Shown: positions 9,443 through 19,761, counted from the stretch's first letter. The stretch: 64,000 nt of DNA from Candidatus Alloenteromonas pullistercoris (GCA_017694295.1 JADINA010000024.1:5295-69294); one strand, 5' to 3'. Numbers and translations: made by a program. The notes: generated by a model not told the origin, from the sequence alone.

Positions 9443-10293
9443 AAGCCAAACTCGCCTTAGTCCAAATGCAGATGTCGAGCGCATACGAGGAAAACATCGC
9501 AAAAGCCGACCATTATATTGAAAAAGCTGCCAAAGAAGGGGCCGATTTGGTTTTGCTGCCTGAGCTATTCGAACACCGTTACTTCTGCCAAAAAGAGGAT
9601 TATGGCCGCTTCGAATTGGCCGAGGACCCAAACAGCAGCCTAACCCTCCGTCATTACCAAAAGCTTTCAAAAGACCTAAACGTCATCCTCCCCATTTCCT
9701 TTTTCGAGAAGGGGCGGAATTGCTATTTCAATTCCATCGCCCTAATAGAGGATGGCGAGGTCAAGGGGATTTACCGCAAGTCCCATATCCCGACGGGGGA
9801 ATGCTATGAGGAGAAGTTCTACTTCACCCCGGGCGACACCGGCTTCATGGTCTTCAAAACCCGGATCGGGGGAATCGGCATCGGCATTTGCTGGGACCAA
9901 TGGTTCCCGGAAACCGCCCGCATATTGGCTTTGAAGGGGGCTGAGGTTCTTCTTTTCCCGACCGCCATCGGCTCGGAGCCGGTGTTGCCAAAGGACTCCA
10001 TGTCGCACTGGCAAAACGTCATGAAGGGGCATGCAGCCGCCAACGTGATGCCGGTATTGGCTGCCAACCGCGTCGGGACGGAGGAGGACGTCGGCTCATC
10101 GATGACTTTCTTCGGGTCTTCGTTCATCGCCAATCAGCATGGCGATTTGCTTTGTTGTTTCAACCGCAGCGAGGAAGGCGTCTTGCTTTATGAATTCGAC
10201 CTTGGGGAAATCGCCAGGGAAAGGCGCGACTGGGGCGTTTTCCGCGACCGTCGCATCGATTTGTACGGCCCGTTGCTGAAAACGGAAGATTAG
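9439..10293 (+). CDS. aguB: N-carbamoylputrescine amidase
   Basis: Nitrilase triad LPELF / YRKSHIP / ICWDQWFPE; PTAIGSEP. Overlaps the agmatine deiminase fusion gene. Confidence 0.92.
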   Translation: MKAKLALVQMQMSSAYEENIAKADHYIEKAAKEGADLVLLPELFEHRYFCQKEDYGRFELAEDPNSSLTLRHYQKLSKDLNVILPISFFEKGRNCYFNSIALIEDGEVKGIYRKSHIPTGECYEEKFYFTPGDTGFMVFKTRIGGIGIGICWDQWFPETARILALKGAEVLLFPTAIGSEPVLPKDSMSHWQNVMKGHAAANVMPVLAANRVGTEEDVGSSMTFFGSSFIANQHGDLLCCFNRSEEGVLLYEFDLGEIARERRDWGVFRDRRIDLYGPLLKTED

Positions 10294-10397
10294 GCGAAGA
10301 CGATAAGCAGCACCAATATGGCGATGGCCAATAGGCCAAGAAGGACCGGAAACACATAAAGCCAACGGGGTTGCCCGTTTTCGTCAAACTTCTTCAT
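10290..10397 (-). CDS. 35-aa single-pass membrane microprotein (not in ORF track)
   Basis: MKKFDENGQPRWLYVFPVLLGLLAIAILVLLIVFA*. ATG overlaps the TGA of the nucleotidase gene (ATGA coupling) and the ORF fills the whole intergenic gap. Confidence 0.7.
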   Translation of the reverse strand: MKKFDENGQPRWLYVFPVLLGLLAIAILVLLIVFA

Positions 10398-11923
10398 CGC
10401 GAGCCAAAGCCGTTTTGCCCGCTTTGGAAATCGCTGGCCCTTATGACCCCGCCAAGCTCGTTTTGCATGTAGTCGAAGCTTAGGTCCATCGGGTAGGTTT
10501 CGTAAGTCGCGATGAGGCTTCCGTCGTCATTTAGCGAACGGAAGTAGTCGTATTCCTTCCTGCTGTTTTGGTGAAGAGCCAAATAGTCTATTACCGCGAC
10601 CGTGTAATATTCGTCATAGACGATGCCATCCACGGTCAAGCCTTTGTCGGTGTAGGAGCAGTTTCCGGAGATCCCGGAGATGACGTCTGACCCGGCGACG
10701 TTTAGGATGCAGATGCTGTTCATGAAGGGCGAGGCTTTGTAAAGGTCGGAATAGGTGACCTCACCCGGATATAAGCTAGCCCTTTGCGAGTTTTCGATGG
10801 CGAAGGCGAGGTCTGGGTAATCGTCGACGTATTCCTCGTATATGGCCTTGCAGCCGAGGTTGGCGACCTCGGTGCGGCTCATTTGGTTGTCGAGCACGCC
10901 GCCGACCCGGGAGGCGTAGGCTTCAAACTCTTCGTCGAGGTATTCGTCGATGACCGCTTGGATCTCAGGCTCGACTTCCCAGTCGTAGGAGGTGTTCATC
11001 ACCTCGTACTCGTCGCATCTTATCTCCCCGTTTTCCACCGTTAGGGTGAAATGGGAGATGTTATGTCCGTTGTAATAGCTTTGGACGACCGGCACCCGTC
11101 CGGCAAGCAATGAGAGGTTTTTGGAATGGGTGTGCCCGGTGAAGATGCCGTCGACGTAGTTTTCGACCGGGTCGTCGAAGTATTTAATAGCGCGCTCGTC
11201 ATCGTGCAAAAGCAAGATAACCAAGCCGCACCCTTCGTATTCGCGAAGCCTCGTGGCTTCCTCCTTGATTATCGGCTCGATGTCGGTGAAGACGCAGTTG
11301 CTGACGGCGGAGGAGGTGATGTCGTCGGTGAGCCCCTCGCCAATCGCCCCGATGATCCCGATGCGGTTGCCGCCGCGCTCGATGATGGTGGAGGAGCCGA
11401 TTAGGTCGGATAACGGCTCGCTTGTCTCCTGCCCGTTTTCCCATTTGACGATATTGGCCCCAAGGAAGGGGAAATCGGCGGCCTTAGTCAAATCGAAGAG
11501 GCGGGATTGCCCGTAATCGAACTCGTGGTTGCCGACCGCCATCGCGTCGAATCCGGCCGCGTTCATCCCGGAAAGGACCGACATCCCATATTCGCGGTTG
11601 CTTTCAAGCGAGCCTTGAAACATGTCGCCGGCAGAAAGGATGAAGGTGTGTTCGGGGTCGGCGTCTTTTAGCCGCTTAAGCTCGGAGAAGAGCTTCCCCA
11701 TTCCGACGGCGTGCTCTTCGGATAGCTCCCTAATGGACCCGTGGAAGTCGTTAAGGCAATAGAAGTCGTAGGTCGCGTCGTTAAGTTCGACTTCGACCGG
11801 CGTTCTCGATTCGCTTGATGAGGAGGTGAATTCGCTTTCGGAGGATTCCGAAGATAGGTTGCTTTCGGTGGGTCCGCAGGCGAGCAGAATGGCCAACAAG
11901 GGCAGCAGCAATGTCTTTTTCAT
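10394..11923 (-). CDS. Lipoprotein 5'-nucleotidase / calcineurin-like metallophosphoesterase
   Basis: Signal peptide MKKTLLLPLLAILLA-C (lipobox); NDFHG, AGDMFQG, GNHEFD, GHTH. Confidence 0.9.
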   Translation of the reverse strand: MKKTLLLPLLAILLACGPTESNLSSESSESEFTSSSSESRTPVEVELNDATYDFYCLNDFHGSIRELSEEHAVGMGKLFSELKRLKDADPEHTFILSAGDMFQGSLESNREYGMSVLSGMNAAGFDAMAVGNHEFDYGQSRLFDLTKAADFPFLGANIVKWENGQETSEPLSDLIGSSTIIERGGNRIGIIGAIGEGLTDDITSSAVSNCVFTDIEPIIKEEATRLREYEGCGLVILLLHDDERAIKYFDDPVENYVDGIFTGHTHSKNLSLLAGRVPVVQSYYNGHNISHFTLTVENGEIRCDEYEVMNTSYDWEVEPEIQAVIDEYLDEEFEAYASRVGGVLDNQMSRTEVANLGCKAIYEEYVDDYPDLAFAIENSQRASLYPGEVTYSDLYKASPFMNSICILNVAGSDVISGISGNCSYTDKGLTVDGIVYDEYYTVAVIDYLALHQNSRKEYDYFRSLNDDGSLIATYETYPMDLSFDYMQNELGGVIRASDFQSGQNGFGSR

Positions 11924-12080
11924 AATCAAGCAATATTAAAGCAAACCGCCCGATATTTTGCTAGATATGGCCTTTTTGACGAACCTTTTACAAAACAAAT
12001 GCCAATTTTCCCTTGTTGAGAGGGTTAAGAGCAAGTACCATTGTAAACAATGGTGGGCATCCACTTTGGAAAGGGAAAAC

Positions 12081-12938
12081 ATGTTTAACGAGAGGATAGG
12101 ATTAGCGGTGCAAGGCGGGGGTACCCGCGGCGTTTTCGCCGCCGGCGTCCTCGACGTGCTTCAGGAGCAGGGGATATCCTTCCCCGCGGTTTACGGCACC
12201 TCGGCCGGTTCGCTTTGCCTCGCCAATTTCCTTTCCGGCGATCTTGGCAGAAGCCGTTACATCATCTGCACTCTTATGGGCGATCCGCGCTTTGTCTCGG
12301 TCAGGAACCGCATCTTCCGGGGTACCGTCTTCGACTTCGATTACCTTTTTTACGAAATACCAAAATCCGAGTCGCCTTTCGATTTTGCCGCCTTTAATGA
12401 CAACAAGACGCGATTTGGGATCGTCACGACCTCGCTTGAGGATGGCGGGATGAAGGTTTTCTATAAAGGCCAAACCCCCGATCCGTTCAAAGCCCTTGCC
12501 GCCTCGAGCTCTTTGCCTTTGCTTTCCCGCCCCGTTTACGTCGAGGGTGATCCCTATTTGGACGGGGGCCCGGCTTGCTCAGTCCCCTTTGCCCCCGGTT
12601 TCTCCGACGGCTATGAGAAAATGGTGGTCATCGCCACTAGGCCGATCGGCTTTAGGAAAAAAGGCATCAAGCGCCTTTCCGCCAGGCTCGCCAAATCGAT
12701 GTATAAGCAATACCCGGCGTTTATAAAAACCTATTTGCATTCCCCGCATATATACAACGAATCGATGGACGAGCTCGACCGCCTTGAGAAGGAGGGCAAG
12801 GTGTTTCGCCTTTGCCCGGAGACCTCGAGCAAGGTCGGCGTAGCCGAGAAAGACGAGAAGAAGCTTGAGGCCCTTTATGCGCAAGGGCGCGAGGTGGCGT
12901 TGAAGCGCCTAGCCGATCTAGAGGGGTTCCTTTCATGA
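12081..12938 (+). CDS. Patatin-like phospholipase
   Basis: GGGTRG, GTSAG and DGG motifs. Start moved to ATG 12081 behind GGAAAGGG. Confidence 0.9.
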   Translation: MFNERIGLAVQGGGTRGVFAAGVLDVLQEQGISFPAVYGTSAGSLCLANFLSGDLGRSRYIICTLMGDPRFVSVRNRIFRGTVFDFDYLFYEIPKSESPFDFAAFNDNKTRFGIVTTSLEDGGMKVFYKGQTPDPFKALAASSSLPLLSRPVYVEGDPYLDGGPACSVPFAPGFSDGYEKMVVIATRPIGFRKKGIKRLSARLAKSMYKQYPAFIKTYLHSPHIYNESMDELDRLEKEGKVFRLCPETSSKVGVAEKDEKKLEALYAQGREVALKRLADLEGFLS

Positions 12939-13975
12939 ACAAAAACGACAAGAAGGCCTTTCGCCCAAGCAAAGGGCTGGTCGACCCGCGGATGGTCAAG
13001 GAGTTCAAGGTGTATCGGGAAACGACCCTTTTGGAATTCCTTTTCCTCAAGTTCCCTTCCACCCCAAAGAAAAACGTCAAATCGCTTTTGGCCCATCACC
13101 AAGTCGCGGTCGGGGGAGTGCCGATCTCCCAATTCGATTACCCCCTATGCCCGGAAGACGTCGTCACCGTCTCGCAGAAAAGCATCGCCAAAAGGGAGTT
13201 CAAGGGGCTTAAGGTCATTTTCGAGGACGATGACATCATCGCCATCGACAAGCCTTCCGGCCTGCTTAGCGTCGCCACCGAACGGGAGAAGGGCCATACG
13301 GCCTATCGCCTCGTCTCCGAATACCTCGACCCCCGCGGCAAAGGGGCGAGGGCCTATGTGGTCCACCGCCTAGACGAGGACACCTCCGGCGTGCTCATAT
13401 TCGCCAAAAACCTCCAAACCAGGGAGGCTTTGCAGTCTTCTTGGCAGGAAATCGTCGCAAAGCGGGGCTATTACGCGATCGTCGAGGGCCATCTTCCCGA
13501 TAAGGAGGGGACGCTTTCCGATTACCTTTACCAGGATTCGTTTCAGCTTGTCAGGGTCAGCAAGGAGAAAGGCAAGGGAAAGCTTGCCATCACCCATTAT
13601 CGGACCATCGCCGAGAAAGACGGATATAGCCTTCTTGACGTCAACATCGACTCGGGGAGGAAAAACCAAATACGCGTCCAGCTTGGGCATATTGGGCACC
13701 ACGTCATCGGCGACGACAAATACGGGGAACCATCCGACCCGCTTAAGCGGCTGGGGTTGCATGCTTACGAATTGGCTTTCTCCAATCCCTTAAACGGCAA
13801 AAGCTACGACATCGTCTCCCCCTTGCCCGAGGAGTTCAAATCGCTCATATTCGGCAAGAAGAAGGCGGAGAGGAAAAAAGAGGCGCCGACGCGGGACACC
13901 CGCTCGATGACGAAGATAAAGGCCGGGAAACGCCGGCAATCAGGATATGGGAAAAGGATGGGAGGCCGAAAATGA
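12935..13975 (+). CDS. RluA-family pseudouridine synthase
   Basis: DKPSGLL, HRLDEDTSG, GRKNQIRVQ, IGDDKYG, LHA. Confidence 0.92.
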   Translation: MNKNDKKAFRPSKGLVDPRMVKEFKVYRETTLLEFLFLKFPSTPKKNVKSLLAHHQVAVGGVPISQFDYPLCPEDVVTVSQKSIAKREFKGLKVIFEDDDIIAIDKPSGLLSVATEREKGHTAYRLVSEYLDPRGKGARAYVVHRLDEDTSGVLIFAKNLQTREALQSSWQEIVAKRGYYAIVEGHLPDKEGTLSDYLYQDSFQLVRVSKEKGKGKLAITHYRTIAEKDGYSLLDVNIDSGRKNQIRVQLGHIGHHVIGDDKYGEPSDPLKRLGLHAYELAFSNPLNGKSYDIVSPLPEEFKSLIFGKKKAERKKEAPTRDTRSMTKIKAGKRRQSGYGKRMGGRK

Positions 13976-15585
13976 ACAAACTGCGCGCAGTGCTCTCTTA
14001 CATGGGCAAATTCAAGGAATCGGCCGTTTCCACCTTGCCGATTGCCTTCGTTTTGGTCGCCGTCTTCCTGGTTGAGCGCTTTGCCCTCGCCCCGGGGACC
14101 ATCGCCGACCGCTACCTGATGACCGACACCGACATGTACGGCTTTGCCCTTTCAGTGCTTTTCATCATTCTCGGCATGGGCCTATTCAACATCGGGACCG
14201 AGAACTCGATGACGGAAATCGCTTTGGTCATCGGCGGCTCGCTCATCAAGAAGAAAAACTTCTTCCTCGTCATCTTCATGACCTTCGCCCTCGGCGTGTT
14301 GGTCACGATCGCCGAGCCCGACCTTTCCGTCCTTTCCGGCCAAATCGGCATCAACGAGCAAATCATCATCTGGACCATCGGCGTCGGCGTCGGCGCGTTC
14401 CTCGTCATCGGCGTCCTCCGCGTCTTCTTCGCCAAAAACCTCAACACGATGCTCCTTGTCTTCTATGCCCTCGTCTTCATCCTCGTCTATTTGATCGATC
14501 CCCGCTTCCTGCCGATTTGCTTCGATTCCGGCGGGGTCACCACCGGGCCGGTCACCGTCCCCTTCCTCCTTGGCTTTGGCTTAGGCATCGCCGCCTCCCA
14601 CGGAAGGCATAACGCCGAGGACTCATTCGGCTTAACCGCCCTTTGCTCGGTCGGCCCGATATTATCGGTCGTCATCATCGCCAGCATCATGAACGCGGCC
14701 GGGATGGAGCTGCCATCGCTAGAGGAGTTCGTCGACCCGATCTCCGAGCTTGACCCCAATCTCGGCTCGGCGGTCGGCCACGCTTTCGCGGCCAACCTCG
14801 GCAACGTCGCTTTGTCGGTCGTTCCCCTGTTCGCCTTCTTCCTCGTCTATGAGCTTATCTTCATCCGCTTGCCGTTTAGGAAGGTGTTGAAGATATTCAT
14901 CGGCATCCTCTTCGTCTATTTCGGCTTGGTCATGTTCCTTTCGGCCGTTGAGTTTGGGTTTATGCCAATTGCCTCAAAGCTTGGGCAGACTCTCGGCTCC
15001 GACAAAAGCTTCCTGCCCTTCGCCTTGATCGTTGGGGCTTTGTTTGGCCTATTCGGCGTCTTGGCCGAGCCGGCCGTGCACGTCTTGGTCGACCAGGTTC
15101 AAAGCGTCTCCGAGGGCACGATAAAGAAAACGACGATGCTCCTTGTGCTTTCGCTTTCGATTTGCCTTGCCGTCTGTTTGCAGATAATCCGGAGCTACTT
15201 CCGCTTCGATTTGATGTTTTACCTGATACCCGGGTATGTCATCGCCTTCGCCCTTTCCTTCGTCGTGCCCAAGATATATACCGCGATGGCCTTCGATTCG
15301 GGCGGGGTCGCCTCGGGCCCGATGACCTCGACCTTCATATTGCCTTTCTGCATCGGCTTTGCCTACGCCCAAGGCGAGGATCCCTATCTTTATGGCTTCG
15401 GCTTGGTGGCGATGGTGGCCATGATGCCCCTTATCGTCGTTCAGGGGATGGGCCTAGCCTCGGTATTGAAGATCAAGTCCGGGCTAAGGAAGACAAGGAA
15501 GCGCCTAGTCGAGGAAGACGACGACCAGGTTATCCACTTCGATGCCTGCGAGGCCGATTTGCCTTATAATCCGGAGGAGGCCTAA
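13972..15585 (+). CDS. DUF1538 family polytopic membrane protein (two repeats in one chain)
   Basis: Twice-repeated AEP and (F)DSGGV(T/A)(T/S)GP(V/M)T motifs; many hydrophobic helices. Confidence 0.85.
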   Translation: MNKLRAVLSYMGKFKESAVSTLPIAFVLVAVFLVERFALAPGTIADRYLMTDTDMYGFALSVLFIILGMGLFNIGTENSMTEIALVIGGSLIKKKNFFLVIFMTFALGVLVTIAEPDLSVLSGQIGINEQIIIWTIGVGVGAFLVIGVLRVFFAKNLNTMLLVFYALVFILVYLIDPRFLPICFDSGGVTTGPVTVPFLLGFGLGIAASHGRHNAEDSFGLTALCSVGPILSVVIIASIMNAAGMELPSLEEFVDPISELDPNLGSAVGHAFAANLGNVALSVVPLFAFFLVYELIFIRLPFRKVLKIFIGILFVYFGLVMFLSAVEFGFMPIASKLGQTLGSDKSFLPFALIVGALFGLFGVLAEPAVHVLVDQVQSVSEGTIKKTTMLLVLSLSICLAVCLQIIRSYFRFDLMFYLIPGYVIAFALSFVVPKIYTAMAFDSGGVASGPMTSTFILPFCIGFAYAQGEDPYLYGFGLVAMVAMMPLIVVQGMGLASVLKIKSGLRKTRKRLVEEDDDQVIHFDACEADLPYNPEEA

Positions 15586-15589
15586 GGTA

Positions 15590-16063
15590 ATGGAAAAGAA
15601 AAGCGAATCGCCATCGGGGAGGAAATTCGTCCCCTTTGAGAAGACCCACAAACTGCACCGCCTGCTTTTCGTCCTCGTCATCGTGAAGGAGGGGCAGGGC
15701 GAGGCCATCGCGAACCTATTGAAGGAAAACGAGGCCTATTTCGCCTTCATCAACCACGGCCGGGGGACGGCGCCCCATTCGGTTTTGGAGATGATGGGCT
15801 TGGCCGACACGAGGAAGCACCTCGTCTGCTCGGTTTTGAAGGAAGACCGCTACCCGATATTCCGGAAGTCGCTGGAGGCCCGCTTCGGGGTCAGCGATTT
15901 GGCCCAGGGGATCGCCTGCGCCATCCCCTTATCGGCCGTAATGGGCGTCTCGACTTACAAAATGCTCGCCAACGTCCAGTTCAACGAGCTTAAGCAAATG
16001 AAAATCGGCAGGAAAGCGTCTGAGAAAGGCGAGAAGGAGAATAACGACGATGGGAAAAAATGA
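15590..16063 (+). CDS. Degenerate P-II-like protein
   Basis: VIV..G, HGRGTA and GIACAIPL...G pattern. SD GGAGGAGG places the start at ATG 15590. Confidence 0.7.
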   Translation: MEKKSESPSGRKFVPFEKTHKLHRLLFVLVIVKEGQGEAIANLLKENEAYFAFINHGRGTAPHSVLEMMGLADTRKHLVCSVLKEDRYPIFRKSLEARFGVSDLAQGIACAIPLSAVMGVSTYKMLANVQFNELKQMKIGRKASEKGEKENNDDGKK

Positions 16064-16436
16064 ATTGGTTGTCTGCATAGTGAACCACGGATTCACCGAC
16101 CTAGTCATGGAAAGCGCCCGCAAAGCCGGGGCGCGGGGCGGGACGGTGTTGACCGGGCGCGGAACCGGGAACAAGGAGATGGAAAAGCTTTTCGGCGTCG
16201 CCATCACCCCGGAGAAGGAAATGGTCCTCATCATCGTCCCCGCCTCGATTCGCGACGCCGTCTTGAAGGAAATAAACGTCGGCGCCGGCATGGAGACCCC
16301 AGGGCAAGGCATAGCCTTCTCGTTGCCGGTAAGCGACGTCGTCGGGCTATCTTCCCCTATGGCGGAAGACGCGCTTAAGGAGGATAATGCACAAGCGCCT
16401 TCCGAAGGCGAGAAGCAAGCCAATGACGGAGAATAA
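16050..16436 (+). CDS. P-II family signal protein
   Basis: IVNHG, GARGGTVLTGRGTG, EKEMV, PGQGIAFSLPV..VVGL. Confidence 0.85.
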   Translation: MGKNELVVCIVNHGFTDLVMESARKAGARGGTVLTGRGTGNKEMEKLFGVAITPEKEMVLIIVPASIRDAVLKEINVGAGMETPGQGIAFSLPVSDVVGLSSPMAEDALKEDNAQAPSEGEKQANDGE

Positions 16437-19400
16437 GGGTACCTTAGCCGATTATCGCCACAAAAAAGCCTCGATAAAGTCGATTGGGCCTTTTCTTCGC
16501 GAGCATTGCCCTTATTTGTTTAACCTCAATTCATTGTTTTATTTTGGGGCCTTTTTGGTGGCCGTCGGGCTTTTGTGGATGGCCGCCGGGCTTATAAGCA
16601 ACTCCTTTTCCAGCGCCTATAACTGGGACTATAGCCACCAGTATTTGCCCTTCGCCTACGATTATCGGCAAATTTGGCTAACCTTCTTCTCGACCGGGGA
16701 ATTTCCCCTTTACGACCCAGTCGTTTTCATCGGAAACGACAACATCGGCTCCAATTCCTACTATGGCCTATTCGACCCATTCATCGTCGTTTTGGCCTTC
16801 TTCCCCGAAAGCTGGATCCCGCAGCTTTTCGCCCTTGCGACCGTCGCCAAGCTCACCATCACCGGCTTGGGGGCAAGGGCCTATCTCTCTTACCTTGGAA
16901 GAAAGGAATGGACGTCGCGGCTTGGGGCCGTCGCCTGGGCGTTCTCGGGTTATTTCTGCTTCTTCGTCGGGTTCCCGAGCTTCGTAAGCGCCCTCGCCTA
17001 CGTCCCCCTTATCCTTTTGGGCATCGAGAAGACGATTCGGGAGGGGAAGATCGGCTATTTGGTGTTTGGGATCTTCCTTTTGGAGATATCCTGCTTCATG
17101 CTGCTGGTCCCAATGTGCATTTGGGGGGTTATCTACGCTTTATGGCGCTTCTTCTCCACCTGCAAGGGGAGGAATGGGGCGGAAAACGTCAAAGGCATGC
17201 TTTTGGGGGTTGCGGCCTTCGCCTGCGGCCTCGCCCTCGGCTCATTTTGCCTTTTCCCTTCGATTAGGCAAAGCTCCTTGACCGGGAGGGCCTCCTCGAT
17301 CGGGGCAGCTTACATGAACGTCCTCCTCGATTCGCTTAAGTCGCTTGACGGAGCCACCTTCCTCACCTATTTCTTCGAGGAGGTTGGGGCCAACCCGGCC
17401 CGCGAGCTGATGGGCTTGGTCTCCTTTTTCTTCCCCACCGGCGGATTCCAGTCGCTGCCTTTGCTTATCCCCGACAGCTCCTCGGTCTATGACGCCTGGA
17501 TGTCCTCTATTTTCTGTTATACCCCCTTCATCATCCTTTTCTTTTCCGCCATCCTCATTTCCATAAAGGAACGGAAGACCAGCCATCTTATCGCTGTCCT
17601 CGGCGGGGTCACGTTGCTTTTCACCACCTTCGCCTATTACGCCTTCTTCGCTTTCTCCGGGAACGGGTATGGCCGGTGGTTTTTCGTCCTCATCCCCGAG
17701 ATCATCGCCTATGGCTGCTACGCCTTCGATAAGCGCAAGGAGGTTTCCCCCTATATTTACCTTTCCGGCGGGCTCCTTTCCTTGTTTGGCACCTTCCTCG
17801 CCTATTTTTCCATCTATTGGTGCCTTGAGGGCGTTTCCGTTTCCTCCGCCCATGGATTGACCTATTTCTTCAGCCGCTGGCTCATGCCGACTTCCACCTC
17901 ATTCCGCGGCTTGGCCCGCAACTGGTATTTGTATTACCAGGTGGTTTTGGTGGCGCTTGAAGGGGCTTTGATCTTCGCTTGCTCCAAAAAGAGGTTTTTG
18001 CCCATCGCCCTTACCTTCATCGTAGCCGCCGAGGCTTGCATCGCCGGCAATTCCGCCTATTGCTATATTTCCACCTGGTCGATAAAAAGCACCTTCATGG
18101 GCGGGAAGACCAATTTCTCGGAAAACCGCGAGATGGCCGATAACATTAGGGATTACGATGGCAATTTCTACCGGGCCTATTTCGATTCCTCCGGCGGGAT
18201 AGACAACTACCAATACGCCGTCGCCACCCCGGAATCGAGCTCGTTTCATTCGCTTATGAACTTCGAAGCCGAATCTTTCGCCGTCATGAACGGGATGAAA
18301 TCGCAGGCCAGTTCCAATCTTACTTATGGCGGGGAGGAATACCTCAACCCCGGCTGGAGCGCCTCCTACCGCGGCAAGCTTTGGGGCATTGACACGGCTT
18401 TGGGATATCGTTATTACATCACCAGCAACGACAACGGCCGTTCCAATAAGTCGAAGTGGGTCGGGGCCAACATCCCCTTTGGGGCGACAAAGGTCGATTC
18501 GCTTTCGATGAACAACAACTTCTACCACGTCTATCGGGTCGATGAGGAAGCGCTGCCGACGCTTGGCCATGCGGTCGACAAGGATCAGCTTTACCGCTTC
18601 GACTTCGATTCAAACGGCAATTCGGAGCTTTTTGCCCGCGGCTCTTCCTCGGCCGCCCGCTTCCGCGAACGGATTAGAAGTTCCCGCATCCAAGCTAGCG
18701 GCGCGATCTTCGAAGACGATGCCATCTTGCCCGATGGCTTTGAGATCTCTTCCCTCCCCTCCGTCGATTCCGACGCCGCCTTGATCAACAACTATGGGAT
18801 AACCCGCTACGCCGACGGGGCTTCCAACGACCTCGATTTCACCGTCTACGTCCCCAATGAGGGCGATAAGCTGCTTCCGGAAGACGATGCCGAATACGCC
18901 GAGTTGGGGGCCAGTTACATCTTTGACCACCACCAAGAGGTTTATGACTTCTCTTCTTCCGGGAGCAACACCTTGACCTCGGGTTCGGATTTCCTGCTAA
19001 TCACCCCGCATAACAAGGAGTACTTCAACGAGGACCCCAATGGGTGCTACATCGAGTTGAAATACTATAACGGCCTATATTCGAGCGGCGCTAATGGCTA
19101 TGACTACATGCCCCGGGTCATCGTTTATGGCGATGTAACCGACGAGGACGGGAACGTAACGAAAAACCAGGTTCTCGCTTTCGAGGGGAAGGCGCTTAAA
19201 AACGTCGCCGACTGCGACCAGAACAACTGGACCAATTCGATGATTGGGATCTACGCTTATGGCCGGGCGACCTCCATCGCCTTGGTTTGGCCCGATCGGA
19301 CGGTCGATGGGGAGACGTTTGAGCAAAAGTTCTCCCCGACCTACCTTTCCCTCGCCTTCGAGGAAAGAAGCAGCATCGAGGAAAAGCAGCGCTTCAACGC

Positions 19401-19761
19401 GGAGATGGGTTTGCAAAACGTGAAGAAGCAAACCAACTCCTACACCTTCGAAACCGATTACGACGAGGATCAGATCGTCGTCACCCAGCTTGGCTATGAC
19501 CAAGGCTGGTCGGTCGAAGCGAGTTTGCCGGATGGGACGAGTATCGATTGCCCGGTGTATAAGCTTGACGGCGGCCTCGTCGGATTCCTTGCCCCCGCCG
19601 GGGAGGCGAGCTACGTCATGAGCTATTTCACCCCAAGCCTAGACAAAGGCCTCATATTCGGGACCGTCGGCTTCTTCTTCATAACTGGCTACTACCTATA
19701 TTGGCATATCGAAAAAAGACGCCGGCATTACGGCATCTCGGTTTTCGATGAAATCGCCTGA
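16423..19761 (+). CDS. YfhO-family membrane glycosyltransferase (GT-C fold)
   Basis: D..HQY.PF, G.N..G..SYY.L.DPF, N.YGRW, large external domain, C-terminal YD.GW...and YFTP.L..G followed by a TM helix. Confidence 0.8.
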   Translation: MTENKGTLADYRHKKASIKSIGPFLREHCPYLFNLNSLFYFGAFLVAVGLLWMAAGLISNSFSSAYNWDYSHQYLPFAYDYRQIWLTFFSTGEFPLYDPVVFIGNDNIGSNSYYGLFDPFIVVLAFFPESWIPQLFALATVAKLTITGLGARAYLSYLGRKEWTSRLGAVAWAFSGYFCFFVGFPSFVSALAYVPLILLGIEKTIREGKIGYLVFGIFLLEISCFMLLVPMCIWGVIYALWRFFSTCKGRNGAENVKGMLLGVAAFACGLALGSFCLFPSIRQSSLTGRASSIGAAYMNVLLDSLKSLDGATFLTYFFEEVGANPARELMGLVSFFFPTGGFQSLPLLIPDSSSVYDAWMSSIFCYTPFIILFFSAILISIKERKTSHLIAVLGGVTLLFTTFAYYAFFAFSGNGYGRWFFVLIPEIIAYGCYAFDKRKEVSPYIYLSGGLLSLFGTFLAYFSIYWCLEGVSVSSAHGLTYFFSRWLMPTSTSFRGLARNWYLYYQVVLVALEGALIFACSKKRFLPIALTFIVAAEACIAGNSAYCYISTWSIKSTFMGGKTNFSENREMADNIRDYDGNFYRAYFDSSGGIDNYQYAVATPESSSFHSLMNFEAESFAVMNGMKSQASSNLTYGGEEYLNPGWSASYRGKLWGIDTALGYRYYITSNDNGRSNKSKWVGANIPFGATKVDSLSMNNNFYHVYRVDEEALPTLGHAVDKDQLYRFDFDSNGNSELFARGSSSAARFRERIRSSRIQASGAIFEDDAILPDGFEISSLPSVDSDAALINNYGITRYADGASNDLDFTVYVPNEGDKLLPEDDAEYAELGASYIFDHHQEVYDFSSSGSNTLTSGSDFLLITPHNKEYFNEDPNGCYIELKYYNGLYSSGANGYDYMPRVIVYGDVTDEDGNVTKNQVLAFEGKALKNVADCDQNNWTNSMIGIYAYGRATSIALVWPDRTVDGETFEQKFSPTYLSLAFEERSSIEEKQRFNAEMGLQNVKKQTNSYTFETDYDEDQIVVTQLGYDQGWSVEASLPDGTSIDCPVYKLDGGLVGFLAPAGEASYVMSYFTPSLDKGLIFGTVGFFFITGYYLYWHIEKRRRHYGISVFDEIA

